DNA from: Nostoc sp. DedSLP01
GTDB lineage: Bacteria; Cyanobacteriota; Cyanobacteriia; Cyanobacteriales; Nostocaceae
Assembly: GCA_034530875.2 (NCBI GenBank)
Contig: JAVRCJ020000020.1
Coordinates: forward strand, 1 to 64,000
Direction of reading: 5' to 3'
Length of the DNA stretch: 64,000 nt
The position numbers and the translations under genes are program-made. The notes beneath the pieces are model-generated. The model was not told the origin of the DNA. It was given only the letters and a program-made list of their open reading frames with translations, and ran no database searches. The first letter of the stretch is position 1, and every line of letters begins with the position of its first letter. Positions 43,151 through 53,776 of this stretch are shown one piece after another.

Positions 43151-43215
43151 TTGGCAAGATAATTGAATCTAATTAGTAATTTCAAATTCACGAGACAATA
43201 GCAAATTTTTGATTT

Positions 43216-43761
43216 ATGACTACTGAAACCAATACTCCTGCTTTAGCTAGCTTGGAATACACACCTTACATAGGCGATCGCGGCGAACTACCCGAAAAAT
43301 TTCAAGGTAAAATCGGCGTCTATGCTATCTTTGACCAACAAAAAGCATTGCAATTTGTCGGATATTCTCGTGATGTATATCTTAGCCTCAAGCAGCATTT
43401 AGTACGTCAACCACAGCAATGCTATTGGGTGAAAGTTCAAACTATCGAACGCCCCAGCCGCACGGTTTTAGAAAATATTGAGAATGCTTGGATTGCTGAA
43501 AATGGCAGCGTACCAGCAGGAAATGGAGATAACAAGGACAAATGGACTAATCCCATTGATGTCAAAATGCTAATGACGCCTGAAGAACAGGCAAATTATC
43601 AAAATCCAGCTAATGATGAATTAGCACAAATAAAAATTATTAAAAATGTAGCACGGCGAGTAGAAGCAGAAATTTCAAAAGAATTAGAAGCGCGTGGTTT
43701 GCAACTAGAGGTTCGCTTTAATCCTAAATTAAAAGAACAAGGCTTACTAGATTTGAAATAA
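43216..43761 (+). CDS. GIY-YIG nuclease-like protein (resembles the N-terminal domain of plant GRXS16)
   Basis: GVYAIFD...LQFVGYSRD...SLKQH motif. Confidence 0.8.
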   Translation: MTTETNTPALASLEYTPYIGDRGELPEKFQGKIGVYAIFDQQKALQFVGYSRDVYLSLKQHLVRQPQQCYWVKVQTIERPSRTVLENIENAWIAENGSVPAGNGDNKDKWTNPIDVKMLMTPEEQANYQNPANDELAQIKIIKNVARRVEAEISKELEARGLQLEVRFNPKLKEQGLLDLK

Positions 43762-43786
43762 AGGTAGTTTTGGGAAAACTATCTTA

Positions 43787-43910
43787 TAGACCTCTTGCAA
43801 AAGTAACTTTTGCAAGAGGGGGAAAGGGAAAAGGTTAAAGGGAAAAGGGTTTTTATGAGCCGCTTTCCCCTTTACCCCTTACCCTTTTCCCCACTTCTGC
43901 AAGAAGCCTT
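43787..43910 (+). mobile_element. ~124-bp MITE-like dispersed element, copy 1
   Basis: Starts TAGACCTCTTGCA and ends ...ctgcaagaagcct. A reverse-oriented copy lies at 54739-54861. Confidence 0.75.
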
Positions 43911-43933
43911 ATGAATATTGCTGGTAATTTCCC

Positions 43934-45385
43934 ATGACAATACAGCTGCTCAACGATCGCTATCAAGTTATCCGCACATTAGGCGCTGGTGGGTTTGGTC
44001 AAACCTATCTCGCAGAAGATACCTATATGCCCTCAAAGCGCCTTTGTGTAGTAAAACAGCTAAGACCGATTCATAATAATCCCCAGATTTACCAGATAGT
44101 TCAAGAAAGGTTTCAACGGGAAGCAGCTATTTTAGAAGAACTAGGCGGCGCAAATGACCAAATTCCAGCGTTGTATGCCTATTTTTCTTCAGGCGGGGAA
44201 TTTTATTTAGTTCAGGAATGGGTTGAAGGCGATACCCTAACTGCAAAAGTCCAAAAGCAAGGGCTATTTAGTGAAACCGCTGTTCGGGAATTATTCATCA
44301 ATATCTTACCTGTCCTCGATTACGTCCACTCGAAAAACATCGTTCACCGCGATATTAAACCCGATAACATTATCGTGCGCCATCGCGACAGTAAGCCCGT
44401 GCTAATTGATTTTGGTGCCGTGCGGGAATCAATGGGAACTGTAGTGAATTCCCAAGGCAATCCTACCAGTTCCATTGTCATTGGCACACCTGGGTATATG
44501 CCCAGCGAACAAGCCGCAGGTAGACCAGTTTATTCCAGCGATTTATATAGTTTGGGAATGACAGTAATTTATTTACTGACTGGAAGAGTCGCGCAACAAC
44601 TAGAGACAGATTCCCAGACTGGTGAAATTGTTTGGCGACAGTATGCCAGTCATATTAGCCCAACGATCGCAGAAGTAATCGATCGCGCCATTGCATATCA
44701 TCCACGCGATCGCTACCCCACAGCAAGAGCAATGCTAGATGCTTTGCAAAATCCAATTCCCCCGACGCAACCCGTCTTGACTCAAGCAACTGTAGTATCT
44801 GCACCATCACCTCAGACAGTCCACTCTCAGCCACAGCCGAACCCTCAAAATAATAGTCAGAATAATATCCTCATCGGCAGTTTAATTGCAGGTGGATTAA
44901 TCGGTGGATCTGTAATTATCGGTCAAATGGTGACAAAATCACCTCAACAGACAACAGATAAAACAGTATTCTCTTCACCAACACCGTCAACTGTCCCTAG
45001 TCCAGCAATTGAAACTCCTCAATTTACACCAACTCCATCTATTCCTACTCAATCTACACCTTCTCCAACTCCATTAATAACGCCAGCTGATAACACTACT
45101 ATTAATACTTATTTTTGGCTTACCCAAAGACGCGTTACTGATGCAGATTTAGATGGTAAAAGCGGTTTTGAATTAGATATTATGCGAAATTCAATATTTG
45201 CTAGCCACGGACGCCGTTTTGACACACCTGAATTACAAGATTACTTTAATAACCAACCTTGGTATCGTCCAATATATTCACCAAAAGAATTTCCACCGAA
45301 ACTGCTGACAAGATTAGAGCAACAGAATGTAGAGTATATCAACAAATATCAAGACCGTTATGGGTTGAGATATTTTAAGAAATAA
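43934..45385 (+). CDS. Ser/Thr protein kinase (Pkn2-type) with TM segment and C-terminal YARHG domain
   Basis: GAGGFG, HRDIKPDN, DFG and GTPGYM kinase motifs; TM segment; RNSIFASHGRRF...YFNNQPWY. Confidence 0.93.
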   Translation: MTIQLLNDRYQVIRTLGAGGFGQTYLAEDTYMPSKRLCVVKQLRPIHNNPQIYQIVQERFQREAAILEELGGANDQIPALYAYFSSGGEFYLVQEWVEGDTLTAKVQKQGLFSETAVRELFINILPVLDYVHSKNIVHRDIKPDNIIVRHRDSKPVLIDFGAVRESMGTVVNSQGNPTSSIVIGTPGYMPSEQAAGRPVYSSDLYSLGMTVIYLLTGRVAQQLETDSQTGEIVWRQYASHISPTIAEVIDRAIAYHPRDRYPTARAMLDALQNPIPPTQPVLTQATVVSAPSPQTVHSQPQPNPQNNSQNNILIGSLIAGGLIGGSVIIGQMVTKSPQQTTDKTVFSSPTPSTVPSPAIETPQFTPTPSIPTQSTPSPTPLITPADNTTINTYFWLTQRRVTDADLDGKSGFELDIMRNSIFASHGRRFDTPELQDYFNNQPWYRPIYSPKEFPPKLLTRLEQQNVEYINKYQDRYGLRYFKK

Positions 45386-45570
45386 ATTGAAGGAGAATTC
45401 AGAATTCAGAATCAATAGACCTGCCTTGAAAATAGGGACTCTTTACTGGTGACTGGTGACTAGGAAAGAAATATTTTCATTCCTTCGTTATGAATTGTAT
45501 TCATGAAGTCTCTTGCATAAATATTGTACAAACAAGGGTTAACCCAAGTCTTTCCTCTCCACTCCAGCCC

Positions 45571-46419
45571 TTACAGTTGCCTAATCGCCATCTCTAAACC
45601 CTCACATACGGCGCTAAGAAAATCTAAATCCAAACTAGCAACTGTGTCGCTAGGTTTGTGATAATGTGGATTTCGTAAAAATGCCGTATCTGTGACCATC
45701 ATTGCTGGATAACCCAAATCCCAAAAAGATGCATGGTCGCTAAGTCTGGTTTGCGGAACTATTAAACCTCTATTTGGCACGGGTAGCCACTGACTAGATA
45801 CGCCGGCTTGGCGAATACTACGACTCATCGTAATTAAGTCGCCAATTGTCCGCCAATTGCCAATTAAAGCAATAAAATTACCGCTATTAGGGTAGAAGCG
45901 ATCCAAAAAAGGCGGGTAAGTTTGAGAGCCAGGTGTAGAGTCTTTATAACCCAGCATTTCTAGGGAAATCATTAAACGTAGTTGTTGGTTTTGTTCGCGC
46001 AACAAAGCTGCATAGTCAGCACTACCCAATAAGCCATATTCTTCCATATCGAAAGCGACCAGCCTTAAGGGATATCTGACTGGTTCGGCAGCAAACTTTC
46101 TGGCTAATTCCAGCAACACTGCTACACCTGTGGCATTATCATCGGCGCCTGGCGTTCCAGGAACAGCATCATAATGAGCGCCGATTAAAATAGGCGGCAA
46201 ATCTTTTTTTTGCGGTCTAGCCTGGGAAGGTAAATTTAAAATCAAATTCTTATGAGTTTTACCCCTAACTTGGAAGGTGTGGATTTCCACACTTCCCCAT
46301 TGGGAAAATTGCTGGCGAATATATTCTTGAACAAAAAAGTGGCCAGCTGTGGCGATGTAAGGATCGCGTTCTCGCGCTATCTCATTGAGGGAAGTTTGTA
46401 ATCGCTCTGTTAAATTCAA
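45571..46419 (-). CDS. M28 family metallopeptidase
   Basis: GAHYD, GADDNATG, FDMEE, SDH and YH motifs. Confidence 0.92.
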   Translation of the reverse strand: MNLTERLQTSLNEIARERDPYIATAGHFFVQEYIRQQFSQWGSVEIHTFQVRGKTHKNLILNLPSQARPQKKDLPPILIGAHYDAVPGTPGADDNATGVAVLLELARKFAAEPVRYPLRLVAFDMEEYGLLGSADYAALLREQNQQLRLMISLEMLGYKDSTPGSQTYPPFLDRFYPNSGNFIALIGNWRTIGDLITMSRSIRQAGVSSQWLPVPNRGLIVPQTRLSDHASFWDLGYPAMMVTDTAFLRNPHYHKPSDTVASLDLDFLSAVCEGLEMAIRQL

Positions 46420-46678
46420 ATTTATGAACTATTTAGCAATTTTATAGATAGAGTAAACAGAATTAGCTAGATAACAAGTATTGAAGCTGCTTGGACACAC
46501 CAAGCATCGTCAATGCTATCCTAGTCTTGCAACTATCTCGTCTAGCTTAACTTCTTAACTTACTACCTTAATGACGACTATTATACCATTGAGGTGTTTT
46601 TACCCTATAGCACAAAGCTAGAGGTAGTTCCACCCAATCATAATAAATATATAAGACACTTTAGGAGAAGAGTAACGC

Positions 46679-48754
46679 ATGGGCAAGGTAGTCGGCATCG
46701 ACTTGGGTACAACCAACTCAGTAGTCGCCGTGATGGAGGGTGGCAAGCCGGTGGTGATTGCCAATGCTGAAGGAATGCGAACAACCCCCTCCGTGGTTGG
46801 CTTTAGCAAAGATGGTGAAAGGGTGGTTGGGCAAATGGCACGGCGACAAACCGTCCTCAATCCCCAAAATACCTTTTTTGCAGTCAAGCGGTTTATTGGG
46901 CGCAAGTATGGCGAACTCAGCCCAGAATCAAAGCGCGTACCCTACACGATTCGCAAAGACGAAGTAGGTAATATCAAAATAGCTTGTCCTCGTCTGAATA
47001 AAGATTTTGCCCCAGAAGAAATTTCAGCAATGGTGCTGAAAAAATTAGCCGACGATGCTAGTCGCTATTTGGGCGAACCTGTGACCGGGGCAGTGATTAC
47101 AGTACCAGCTTATTTTAACGACTCTCAGCGACAAGCGACCCGCGATGCTGGCAGAATTGCTGGTTTAGAAGTATTGCGGATTCTTAACGAACCGACTGCT
47201 GCATCTTTGGCTTATGGATTAGATCGGGGTGACACGGAAACTATTTTAGTATTTGACTTGGGTGGCGGCACATTTGACGTGTCGATTCTGGAAGTAGGCG
47301 ATGGCATATTTGAAGTGAAAGCCACCAGTGGAGACACGCAGCTTGGTGGCAATGATTTTGACAAAGTAATAGTAGATTGGTTAGCAGAGCAATTTCTAGA
47401 AACAGAAGGTGTAGACTTAAGACGCGATCGCCAAGCTTTGCAACGTCTGATGGAAGCTGCCGAAAAAGCCAAAATTGAACTTTCTGCTGTCAGCGTCACC
47501 GATATTAACTTACCTTTTATTGCCGCGGACCAGGAAGGCCCCAAACATCTGGAAACTCGGCTGACTCGTTCCCAGTTTGAAGGTTTATGCGGTGATTTAA
47601 TTGGGCGATTGCGGACGCCAGTTAAACGCGCCCTCAAAGATGCCGGACTCACGCCTAGAAATATTGAAGAAGTTGTATTAGTTGGCGGTTCTACAAGAAT
47701 GCCGATGGTGAAGCAGCTAGTACGCGACTTGATTGGCATCGAACCCAATGAAAACGTCAACCCCGATGAAGTGGTAGGAGTGGGTGCAGCCATTCAAGCA
47801 GGCATTCTTGCAGGCGAACTCAAAGATGTCTTGCTTTTAGATGTTACACCGCTATCTTTGGGACTGGAAACTATCGGCGGCGTGATGAAAAAACTGATTC
47901 CCCGCAATACCACCATCCCAGTACGCCGATCTGATATATTTTCGACATCGGAAAATAATCAAAATACTGTGGAAATTCACGTAGTCCAGGGCGAACGAGA
48001 CATGGCAGCAAATAACAAGTCTTTAGGACGGTTTAAGCTGTATGGTATCCCGCCAGCCCCACGCGGTATTCCGCAAATTCAAGTATCCTTTGATATCGAT
48101 GCCAACGGCATTTTACAGGTAACAGCTTTAGATAGAACCACTGGTAGAGAACAGAGTATCACCATTCAAGGCGCTTCTACCTTGACCGAATCCGAAGTAA
48201 ATCGCATGATTCAGGATGCTCAAAAATACGCCGATGTTGACCGGGAACGTAAAGAACGAGTAGAAAAGCGGACTCGTTCCGAGGCGTTGATTTTCCAAGC
48301 AGAACGGCAACTCAGAGAAGTAGCCTTGGAATTTGGTATGCAGTTTGCCCGCAACCGCCGCCAAAGAATTGATAATATTTGCCAAGAATTACGAGAAAGC
48401 CTCAAAGAAAATGACGATCGCGGTATTGACCAAGCCTACGCCGACCTACAAGATGCTTTATATGAGTTAAATCGAGAAGTTCGTCAGTATTACGCTGAAG
48501 ACGAAGACGACGATTTGTTTGGTACTATCCGCGACATCTTTACTGGGGGCGAGAAAGAACGGGAACGCGACTCTTTTAGAGATACATATCGCGATCGCGA
48601 CTCATATAGTAGAGACTATAGCAGAGACCGAGACTATGGCAGAGACTATAACCGAGATAACCGTTCTTCCTCCTATGAAAACCGTCCTCCACGCAAATCT
48701 CGTCCAAGTTACCAAGATAACTGGGATGATGAAGAAGACAATGATTGGTTGTAG
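46679..48754 (+). CDS. dnaK: Molecular chaperone DnaK with extended R/D/Y-rich tail (DnaK3-like by context)
   Basis: [25 protein letters not shown] and VGGSTRMP motifs; followed by a dnaJ gene. Confidence 0.97.
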   Translation: MGKVVGIDLGTTNSVVAVMEGGKPVVIANAEGMRTTPSVVGFSKDGERVVGQMARRQTVLNPQNTFFAVKRFIGRKYGELSPESKRVPYTIRKDEVGNIKIACPRLNKDFAPEEISAMVLKKLADDASRYLGEPVTGAVITVPAYFNDSQRQATRDAGRIAGLEVLRILNEPTAASLAYGLDRGDTETILVFDLGGGTFDVSILEVGDGIFEVKATSGDTQLGGNDFDKVIVDWLAEQFLETEGVDLRRDRQALQRLMEAAEKAKIELSAVSVTDINLPFIAADQEGPKHLETRLTRSQFEGLCGDLIGRLRTPVKRALKDAGLTPRNIEEVVLVGGSTRMPMVKQLVRDLIGIEPNENVNPDEVVGVGAAIQAGILAGELKDVLLLDVTPLSLGLETIGGVMKKLIPRNTTIPVRRSDIFSTSENNQNTVEIHVVQGERDMAANNKSLGRFKLYGIPPAPRGIPQIQVSFDIDANGILQVTALDRTTGREQSITIQGASTLTESEVNRMIQDAQKYADVDRERKERVEKRTRSEALIFQAERQLREVALEFGMQFARNRRQRIDNICQELRESLKENDDRGIDQAYADLQDALYELNREVRQYYAEDEDDDLFGTIRDIFTGGEKERERDSFRDTYRDRDSYSRDYSRDRDYGRDYNRDNRSSSYENRPPRKSRPSYQDNWDDEEDNDWL

Positions 48755-48766
48755 TTTTTGAAAAAA

Positions 48767-48838
48767 GTTAGGAGTTAAGAGTTAAAACTGAAAACTGAAA
48801 ACTTTCAACTCCTCACTCCTAACTCCTCACTCCTAACT
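48767..48838. repeat. STRR heptamer inverted array between dnaK and dnaJ
   Basis: agttaggagttaagagtt ... aactcctcactcctaactcctcactcctaact. Confidence 0.7.
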
Positions 48839-48877
48839 TTTAATTAATTCAAAATCTAAAATTTAAATAACTAAGCT

Positions 48878-49873
48878 ATGCAGAATTTGCAGAATTTCCG
48901 CGATTACTACGAAATTTTAGGAGTATCTAAAGACGCCTCAAGCGAAGAAATTAAAAAGGTTTATCGGCGATTAGCAAGACAATATCACCCCGATCTTAAC
49001 CCTGGAAATAAAGCAGCCGAGGAAAAATTTAAGGATATCGGCGAGGCTTATGAAGTGCTTTCAGATCCAGCCAAGCGATCGCAATACGATCAGTTTAGCC
49101 GCTATTGGAAGCAAAAAGGCTTTGCAGGCAATAAACAGACGCCAAAAGGTAAAAGCTGGCAAACTGGCACTAACGGTCGCAATGATAATCAAGACGTAGA
49201 TCCAAGTCAGTTTTCCGACTTTGAAAGCTTTATTAATCAAGTTATCGGCGTCAAAAATCAAAATGGCGCAAGTAAATCTAACAATGGCGCTACTAGCGAT
49301 CCGTTTCGTTCGCCGAGAACAAAAGTTGCCTATACAGTTAATACCCCACCGCGCGTTGCCCGTAGAGATATAGAAGCCAGATTAACTCTACCATTAGAAA
49401 AAGCTTATCAAGGTGGTAACGAACGTATTCGTCTAGAAGATGGGCGATCGTTAGAAGTTAATATGCCTCCAGCGATGGTTACAGGTCAAACTATTCGTTT
49501 GCGAAATCAAGGCGTTGGTGGTGGCGACTTATACTTAAAAATTACTGTTGAGCCTCATGCATTGTTTAAGCTCGATGGTTTCAACATCCTCTGTCAAGTA
49601 CCTGTGACTCCCAGCGAAGCAGTTTTAGGAGGACAGGTAGAAGCACCTACCCTCGATGGCCCGGTAAAAATGACGATTCCTCCCGGAGTTAGGTCTGGGC
49701 AAAAATTTAGATTAGGTAACAAAGGCTACCCTAATGATGATGGAAAACGTGGCGATCAATTGGTGGAAATTCAGATAGTTACACCGAAAAATATTAGTCA
49801 AGAAGAACGGGAACTTTACGAAAAATTGCGGCAAATTGAAACCTTTAAACCCCGCGCTGACTTAATAAGTTAG
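48878..49873 (+). CDS. dnaJ: DnaJ class II / CbpA-like co-chaperone
   Basis: J domain with YHPD and a DnaJ C-terminal domain; no zinc finger. Confidence 0.92.
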   Translation: MQNLQNFRDYYEILGVSKDASSEEIKKVYRRLARQYHPDLNPGNKAAEEKFKDIGEAYEVLSDPAKRSQYDQFSRYWKQKGFAGNKQTPKGKSWQTGTNGRNDNQDVDPSQFSDFESFINQVIGVKNQNGASKSNNGATSDPFRSPRTKVAYTVNTPPRVARRDIEARLTLPLEKAYQGGNERIRLEDGRSLEVNMPPAMVTGQTIRLRNQGVGGGDLYLKITVEPHALFKLDGFNILCQVPVTPSEAVLGGQVEAPTLDGPVKMTIPPGVRSGQKFRLGNKGYPNDDGKRGDQLVEIQIVTPKNISQEERELYEKLRQIETFKPRADLIS

Positions 49874-50136
49874 TTTTCATCTTGAAAAATAGTTTCTACA
49901 TCTTGCGAACCATGTAAGATACGTAAAATTTCTATGGCTTCATCTATTGGACGATAACAAATTAAATAATTTTTAACCCAAAAACTTCGCAAAAAAATTA
50001 CCCAATTCAGGTCTTGGTTTGCCCATTTGCGAAAATTTCGCCACCTTCAGAGAACTTTCTCATTGCCAAACGATTTAAAATATAAAAAATATCTTTGAGC
50101 AAGGTGACTCAAACAGCCGTGAATCAGAAAGGGACA

Positions 50137-50700
50137 ATGGCACAAAGCAGTGAACCAACTTATTACTCCCTGCTAGGACTGCATCCCTCGGCATCCGTAA
50201 TCGATATTCGTAGGGCTTATCGGCAACTGAGCAAACGCTATCATCCTGATACTACAGAATTGCCTGCTGCTGTAGCTATTGCCAAATTTCAGCAACTTAA
50301 TGAAGCCTACGCCACCCTAAGCCATCCAGAACGTCGGTTAAACTACGATTTAAAAATTGGCTATTCCCGCTTTGGCGTGATTCAAGCACCGTCTGATTTG
50401 AATCATCCAGTCTCGCCCTCTTATGACTTCTCAAAATCAGCTTATCTCGATGCCAGCGATCGCCCGCTTTCATCTGGGGAAATCTTCGCTTTATTTATAC
50501 TGGTGTTAACATTTGTAGGTTGCCTCGTATTAGCAGTTGCCATTGGCTTGACTCGTGGTGATACTGCTTTTAAAACGTCTTTGCAGCAAACAACTCCTTC
50601 TGTACAGCAGAATTTAGAATGGGCTACGCCCCGCTACGCTAACAAAATTGAGAATGGGCTACGCCCCGCTACGCTAACAGAATTCAGAATCCACAAGTAA
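50137..50700 (+). CDS. J-domain membrane protein (class III DnaJ)
   Basis: YYSLLG...YHPD J domain, DRPLSSGE and a TM helix. The ATG at 50137 is a more plausible start than the TTG at 50095. Confidence 0.88.
   Translation: MAQSSEPTYYSLLGLHPSASVIDIRRAYRQLSKRYHPDTTELPAAVAIAKFQQLNEAYATLSHPERRLNYDLKIGYSRFGVIQAPSDLNHPVSPSYDFSKSAYLDASDRPLSSGEIFALFILVLTFVGCLVLAVAIGLTRGDTAFKTSLQQTTPSVQQNLEWATPRYANKIENGLRPATLTEFRIHK
50616..50679 (+). repeat. Two identical 29-bp SDR-like units (agaatgggctacgccccgctacgctaaca), period 35
   Basis: Copies at 50616-50644 and 50651-50679, embedded in CA(G/A)AATT heptamers. Confidence 0.85.
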
Positions 50701-50837
50701 AACAGGCTTAATGCCTGGTACAAAACTCAGTTTGTGTAGTTCACACTTTTTGAAATTAGGTGTAATTTACCTAATACTAAGTTGAATATTAAAAATTAAA
50801 AAATTTCCTAATCTCAAATCCAAAATCCAAAATTATT

Positions 50838-51110
50838 ATGTCTCTTCTTCCCCCAGATACACCTTTATACAATCATCCCCTGCCACAAATTGAACAGTGG
50901 TTAAAAGACCAAGGTTGTCAACAAGACGAAACACAGAGGCATTGCTGGCGCGTGCAGCGGCCTAGCTGGCAAGCCGAACTTTGGCTCGATGTCGAGCAAA
51001 TTGTAGTGCGATATATTCAATCTGCGGAAAATGGGCAAGATATCCAACGCTCATTCAAGTATTCCCTCAGTCGGGAAGATATAGAACAAGCTGTTTTTTC
51101 TGGGCCATAA
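50838..51110 (+). CDS. DUF3143 family protein
   Basis: TPLYNHPLPQIEQWL...RSFKYSLSREDIEQAVFSGP. Confidence 0.85.
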   Translation: MSLLPPDTPLYNHPLPQIEQWLKDQGCQQDETQRHCWRVQRPSWQAELWLDVEQIVVRYIQSAENGQDIQRSFKYSLSREDIEQAVFSGP

Positions 51111-51202
51111 GGGTAAGTACTGAATACATTACCCTTGCAAAACAGTTCGAGAAAAGCGATCGCTCATTATAAACTAGTTTGAGAAGTATTAAGTAAATCT
51201 TA

Positions 51203-51287
51203 GACTAAAGTCGATGGCGATCGCATTTCCACAAATTATAAAATATGGTAATTAAAAACACCTGGAAGTAGAAATCAGGGCTTTACC
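51203..51287 (+). repeat. 85-bp imperfect direct repeat, copy 1 (upstream of the DUF4157 gene)
   Basis: Aligns with 52758-52842. Both copies contain HIP1 and end in gaaatcagggctttacc. Confidence 0.85.
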
Positions 51288-51308
51288 AACTAATGGAGAA
51301 ATAGTGAG

Positions 51309-52682
51309 ATGAGCGATCGCACGTTTGGGCGCCAGAAAATAGCTACATCAACTTCTTCAAGTCCTTCCCTTGTCTCACGACATACTCCGACGTTGGCGAA
51401 TCCAGTGCGAGGCTTTGGTTTACCAACCAATAATATAATCCAAACAGCAACAGAAGAATCAACCAACTTTCAACAAGGGCAGTCTCCTAGCGAACAATCC
51501 TCGTTATCACAACCCATTGAGCAACGCTCTTTTGGTCACGACATTAGCCGCATAGCATTGCGTCGTCCCCAAGCAAAATTGATGGTGGGAGAACCAGGGG
51601 ACAAATATGAGCAGCAAGCAGAGCAAGTGGCAAATCAGGTGATGCGGATGGCTGTGCCAAACAAACTTAACACTCCTAGCGTGGAGTCCCCACAAGACTC
51701 CTTGCAACGCAAATGTGCAGCTTGCGAACAGGAAGAAGATAAAGTACAAACTAAGTCATCCCCACAACAAGCTAACGACCGAGGCTTTGAGGCAGGGGAT
51801 AATGTTGAAAGTCGGCTTAATAGCACTAAAGGTGGGGGAAGCCCGTTGCCAAATGAAGTCCGCAGCTTCATGGAACCACGCTTTGGTACTGATTTTAGTC
51901 AGGTGCGGGTACATACCGACAGCGAAGCTGTGCAAATGAATCAGGATTTGAGCGCTCAAGCATTTACATACAAACACAACATTTACTTTGGTGCTGGGAA
52001 GGCTCCTGCAAAGGATACTTTGACTGCTCATGAATTAACTCATGTAGTGCAGCAAACAGGTGGAGTTCAGCTAAACCAAGCTTCTAAGCCATCGGTACAG
52101 ATGAAATGTTCGGATTTGGAAACAGAAGAGGTAGGGCTACAGCGAGCAATCAAAGTATCTGCTGCTCCAATAGAATCGATACAGCGAGAGACCATATGCG
52201 ATGACACTGGGTGTCACGAGGAACTAGACCCAGTAACCATTGAAGGTGACCCCAATGCACCTATTGAACTAGATCCAGTAACCATTGAAGGCGACCCCAA
52301 TGCACCTATTGAACTAGACCCAGTAATCATTGAAGGCGAGGCTAATCCATCTGTAAATACAGATACAGGTAATCTTCCTGGTACGGATTTAAATAGTTGT
52401 GTTGAGCAAATTGATGAAGATGTAGCAGCTTGTGCAGACGAAGTTAATAAAGCTTGTGCGCTTAAAGGTGCCGCTGAAACTGCCGCAGGTGCGGTGGGAG
52501 GAGCGCTCATAGGCTCAATAGGAGGGCCTGTGGGTGCTGGAATTGGGGGCATGATTGGCACAGTTGCAGGGGGTGTTTATGGTGCGCTTGATTACGGAGA
52601 TTGTGTTAAGGAACAGAATAAGGGCTGCCGAGATGCTGGCAAGCTGTCTAAGAAAAAATGCGCGCAGCAATTTTCCAACTGA
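51309..52682 (+). CDS. DUF4157 (eCIS-associated core domain) protein with Cys/Gly-zipper C-terminal cargo
   Basis: QAKLMVGEPGDKYEQQA, LQRKCAAC, GSPLPNEVRSFMEPRFGTDFSQVRVHTD, AQAFT and AHELTHVVQQ motifs. Confidence 0.88.
   Translation: MSDRTFGRQKIATSTSSSPSLVSRHTPTLANPVRGFGLPTNNIIQTATEESTNFQQGQSPSEQSSLSQPIEQRSFGHDISRIALRRPQAKLMVGEPGDKYEQQAEQVANQVMRMAVPNKLNTPSVESPQDSLQRKCAACEQEEDKVQTKSSPQQANDRGFEAGDNVESRLNSTKGGGSPLPNEVRSFMEPRFGTDFSQVRVHTDSEAVQMNQDLSAQAFTYKHNIYFGAGKAPAKDTLTAHELTHVVQQTGGVQLNQASKPSVQMKCSDLETEEVGLQRAIKVSAAPIESIQRETICDDTGCHEELDPVTIEGDPNAPIELDPVTIEGDPNAPIELDPVIIEGEANPSVNTDTGNLPGTDLNSCVEQIDEDVAACADEVNKACALKGAAETAAGAVGGALIGSIGGPVGAGIGGMIGTVAGGVYGALDYGDCVKEQNKGCRDAGKLSKKKCAQQFSN
52221..52339 (+). 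repeat. 45-bp intragenic tandem repeat x2.6 (ELDPVTIEGDPNAPI)
   Basis: Units start at 52221, 52266 and 52311. Confidence 0.9.
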
Positions 52683-52757
52683 TTTTGGATTAAAATGCTT
52701 TATTACAAACCTGTTTCCAGAATTTCAAACAATACATCCTATCCAAATTTGGTATTC

Positions 52758-52842
52758 GACTAGAGTCGATAGCGATCGCATTTTCAAAAATTGTAAAATG
52801 TGCTATCAACAAATGCCTGAAAGTTGAAATCAGGGCTTTACC
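52758..52842 (+). repeat. 85-bp imperfect direct repeat, copy 2 (downstream of the DUF4157 gene)
   Basis: Aligns with 51203-51287. Confidence 0.85.
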
Positions 52843-52897
52843 CACCAAAGAAGGAAGGGTAATATCAAATCCTGGTTGACTACCCTCTTTTTTAAAA

Positions 52898-53020
52898 AAG
52901 CAGGGGGAGATGAGGAGATGAGGGAGTGTGGGGAGAGAAGGGGGAAAGATTTCTTCCCCATCTTCCTACACCTCCCACACCTCCCACACTTCCCCATCCT
53001 CCCACACCTCCTGCTTGCCC
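52898..53020. repeat. Nonamer-based inverted repeat element (reverse orientation relative to the 34240 and 56598 copies)
   Basis: ggggagagaagggggaaagatttcttccccatcttcctacacctcccacacc. Confidence 0.75.
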
Positions 53021-53026
53021 CAATCC

Positions 53027-53776
53027 CTAAACTTTTCCAAACCGTCGCTCCCGTTGCTGGTAAGCACACAAAGCGCGGTGAAATTCAGCTCGGTCAAAAT
53101 CCGGCCACAAAGTATCAGTGATGTAAATTTCTCCGTAAGCCATTTGCCAAAGCAGGAAATTAGAAAGACGCATTTCTCCACTTGTGCGAATTAACAAATC
53201 TGGGTCAGTAATTCCCGCTGTATACAAATGACTTTCAAATATTTGTTCGTCAATTTCATCAGGTTGTAGTAAACCTTGTTGGACTTGTTTGGCGATCGCT
53301 CGACAAGCTTGTAAAATTTCTTGGCGTCCGCCATAATTAGTTGCCACTGAAAACCGAATCGCCCGGTTATTTTTGGTTTCTTCCATCGAACGGGATATTT
53401 CTTGTTGGAGCGATCGCGGCAAGGCTTGTAAATTTCCCACAAACTTGATTTGCACGTTCTCTTCAACCATTTCCCGCAATTCTTGACGTAAAACTTTTTG
53501 GAAAAGAGTCATCAAAAAATCTACCTCTTCCTGGGGTCTTTTCCAGTTCTCGGTGGAAAAAGCATAAGCTGTTAGCGCCTGGATTCCCCAATCTTTGCAG
53601 CAACGAAGCAAATCTTTGAGAGCATCGACTCCTCGTTTATGACCCATAATCCGCGGTAGACCTTGACGTTTCGCCCATCGACCATTGCCATCCATAATCA
53701 CCGCAACGTGCTGGGGCAATAGTTCTGGTTTTAAATCAGTGGGCAAATCTTGGAATTTAGTTTGTTGTAGTGTCAT
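53027..53776 (-). CDS. uppS: Undecaprenyl diphosphate synthase (isoprenyl transferase)
   Basis: [18 protein letters not shown] and [11 protein letters not shown] motifs. Confidence 0.97.
   Translation of the reverse strand: MTLQQTKFQDLPTDLKPELLPQHVAVIMDGNGRWAKRQGLPRIMGHKRGVDALKDLLRCCKDWGIQALTAYAFSTENWKRPQEEVDFLMTLFQKVLRQELREMVEENVQIKFVGNLQALPRSLQQEISRSMEETKNNRAIRFSVATNYGGRQEILQACRAIAKQVQQGLLQPDEIDEQIFESHLYTAGITDPDLLIRTSGEMRLSNFLLWQMAYGEIYITDTLWPDFDRAEFHRALCAYQQRERRFGKV

Noticed and set aside
46618..48405. Long antisense ORFs within dnaK, and likewise within psaAB and clpC
   Set aside because: Typical antisense open frames produced by codon bias in highly expressed genes.
50616..50679. Mini CRISPR array
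   Set aside because: Only two repeats separated by 6 nt, lying inside a CDS, with no cas genes.
52221..52339. CRISPR-like repeats
   Set aside because: Head-to-tail 45-bp coding repeats with no unique spacers.
52830..53194. Several 70-90 aa ORFs, and similar ones at 11709-11909, 17398-17688, 30673-30867 and 54949-55155
   Set aside because: They are translations of STRR, nonamer or MITE repeats, or overlap real genes.
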